A DNA stretch of 63,995 nt, the filler included, from Octopus bimaculoides (lineage: Eukaryota): the NCBI RefSeq assembly GCF_001194135.2. It is 8 parts of 7 records of this genome, joined end to end, with 100 filler letters (N's around TTAATTAATTAA, not from the genome) between each part and the next. Parts side by side here need not be neighbours in the genome. Positions count along the whole stretch, not along the records: positions 58,626 to 63,995 come from NC_068985.1; 7 more parts are not named here. The stretch is one strand, 5' to 3'. Of the stretch, positions 61,624-63,995 are shown in pieces (position 1 is the stretch's first letter; each line of letters opens with the position of its first letter). Made by a program: the position numbers and the translations under genes. Below the pieces are notes generated by a model. The model worked only from the letters and a program-made list of their open reading frames with translations. It was not told the DNA's origin and did no database searches.

Positions 61624-63995
61624 GAGAGAGAGGAAGGGAGAAGTGAGTCATTCATACATATGAATATATGCATAATACTTATGTGTATATATGTAGGTAT
61701 CTATCTATAAAATTGAATATATAAACATGTATGCACATTCTTATATACGAATATGTACGAGACTAAGCTCAAGTATTTTTTAAGATATGTAAATCATGTC
61801 CGGTGATTTTATCAATCTTATCAGACTGACATGAAGAATACAAAATATTCCATTAAAAACTATTAAGAATAATTTCCATGCTTCTATCATACCAGACAGA
61901 ATCTTGGATAATAGAATATTTGGTTTATTTATTTGAGTTTGCATTTTCTAGGGGGGTTCAACGTTTCGTTATTTTTTTCTTTTGTTTTCAATTTTCCACG
62001 TGTGTTGATATGTGTGAGTGTGAATACTGGAATGTGTTTTTGCATGTATTTGTGTGTATGTGCTGGGAAAATCGCCAATGTCTCCCAGCCATATATCAAA
62101 CTTCATTTTTCTATTTCTATTTTATTTTTATTTTATTTTATTTATTTATTAACTTGCTACAGATAATAGAAAACGCACGAAGCATACATTGCTCTCAATA
62201 CAATCACACATACACCAGACTACCATTTTTGTCCTTATTGTATTGCATCGTTATATCATGTATGTATGCGTGTTCATGTGTCCATGTATCTACATATATA
62301 TATGTATATATATGTATCTACATATATATATGTATATATATGCATATATATGTATATGTATATATATACTAAGGTATGAAGAATAAAAATCAGAAAGAAG
62401 CAAGGAACAAGACACAACAAAATATAACGTTTTATACTTTCCCTTATATTTGAATATTTCGGTTTTAAAAACCCTTGAAATAAGAGAATACGGAGAGAAA
62501 GTTTATCTATTCTGTAATCTGCGTATATGTGAGAATGGGTTGTTCATTGACTCTTTGCACTGGTTTGTATTGTTACAATTTCCATTTACTCTCATTTAAT
62601 TCTTGTCTGTTTCTCAAAGAGAGAGCTAAAAGTTCTATAACGATAAACTTTTTAATCCACTATTTTCTTATATATTGCTTTGTGTCTTTCAAACTGACCA
62701 TAATATTTCGGTCATATCTACGCTTCAGATTTTTTTTTTGTCTCTTTATATTAACCAAAAAATATATATATACTTGAATATGCTTTTTAACATGGATATA
62801 TTGATTTGGAACAGTGCTTCTGGTATTAGGTTCATCTCATTTTTATATGCTACCCTGTCCAACTCTTTGCCTGTGCAGTCGGCTAGTGTGATAACATTTT
62901 CGCAGTATGTAGAATGATTTCGATAAAGGTATCTTCTGAAGAGAATAAATTGTGCTATTGAAACATGTAATCTGTCATTTAGGATAAAGTATTAGATTGT
63001 AGCATTGATTTTTATCCTAAAAATACGGAAAATTTAGAAAACAACGACTAGCGCTCGTGACATAAGCATTCTTCGAGACTTCATTGGTGTCTGATAAAGA
63101 ATACCGGATAGCCACTTTGCATTAGCATTAGTTACAGTTATTTTGTGCTGGCAGTCCTGTCCACTACGTTGACGCATCTACTCTGTATACAGGAGATTTC
63201 ATTCGGTACACATGCAGTTTCGAAGCAGTAAAGCAGGCAACAAAATTACCTACACCAGGCAGGTACAAAAGTTATTAATGGATAAAGTCTATCCCACACA
63301 CCCGCCTAGTTATAAACCACCCACCAGCCAAGTTACAAACTCTCAAATAAAGCTTACATCTTCAGAGAAAAAAATAATATACTTTCTGACCCTGTCACTT
63401 TTTTTTATAGTGGAATCACGACTACAGTCGCACGAGGTGATTCATAGGAAGGGAATTAATATACACCTAGACGATTCCAGGTTTAGAAAATACCACTCTT
63501 GGTTCATATGTGGGTACATCGAGCATACCTAAACAACAACATACAGTATGTAAAATATAGTTTGTAATAAACATGGTACATCTTATAACAGAGCATCATT
63601 TACAAACTACACATTCGCGTTAGAGAACACACAAATTCTTCTTCCGTTAAAAAAAGACATTTGAAGTATAGTCATAACCAGAATATTATGATCACCATCA
63701 AAGCCACACAGAGGAATATTGATAATTTGAGACTTAAGGAAATCCGCTCTCAACAACAAGCAAATGTCGCAGGAGTCTAATTGGCTTATAAAAACAGGTA
63801 CCAATTTGCAGATGCGGGAATCCGCAACACGACACCCAACTTCGTGTATAGCTTAGAGCTGAACTCAGTCTTCATTTTCCAGCGATGAAAACTTTTTAAG
63901 TCGTATTAATGAAATATAAGGTAAATAAACATTTTTAGCGTACTTTTTTTATATATTTTACTTCATGTTCACCCTTTATTTTCCGATTATGTATA

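Noticed and set aside
63212-63532. 106-aa ORF
   Set aside because: No recognisable domain or splice support; same for 60909-61118 and 63607-63804.

Overview
AT-rich, microsatellite- and SINE-saturated animal genomic DNA; the repeat families resemble those of Octopus (inferred, not searched). The window joins eight pieces through seven artificial 100-nt spacers (44 N + TTAATTAATTAA + 44 N), so adjacency across them is not evidence of linkage. Protein-coding content: 14 in-phase coding exons of FANCD2 (+, 47482-58071, N-terminal 469 aa, running off the contig) and one orphan EF-hand exon of a ninein/NINL-like gene (14482-14660). The rest is transposon debris: two Penelope-like elements (PLEs), RTE and R4/Dong-like LINE fragments, a deleted Gypsy provirus with LTR, tRNA-Trp PBS and 4-bp TSD just upstream of FANCD2, mariner/maT and hAT remnants and MITEs, and many tRNA-derived SINEs. 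The most interesting signal is a set of type I hammerhead ribozyme (HHR) motifs with palindromic helix III. They occur in two short repeat families (about 358-nt and 516-nt units) with partial-tandem plus terminal-inversion architecture, at the 5' end of a PLE homologous to the 358-nt family, and as decayed copies in FANCD2 introns. This fits a PLE-driven retrozyme-like system. Such systems are known in other metazoans; I cannot establish novelty for this lineage without a search. All structures and alignments were read by eye.
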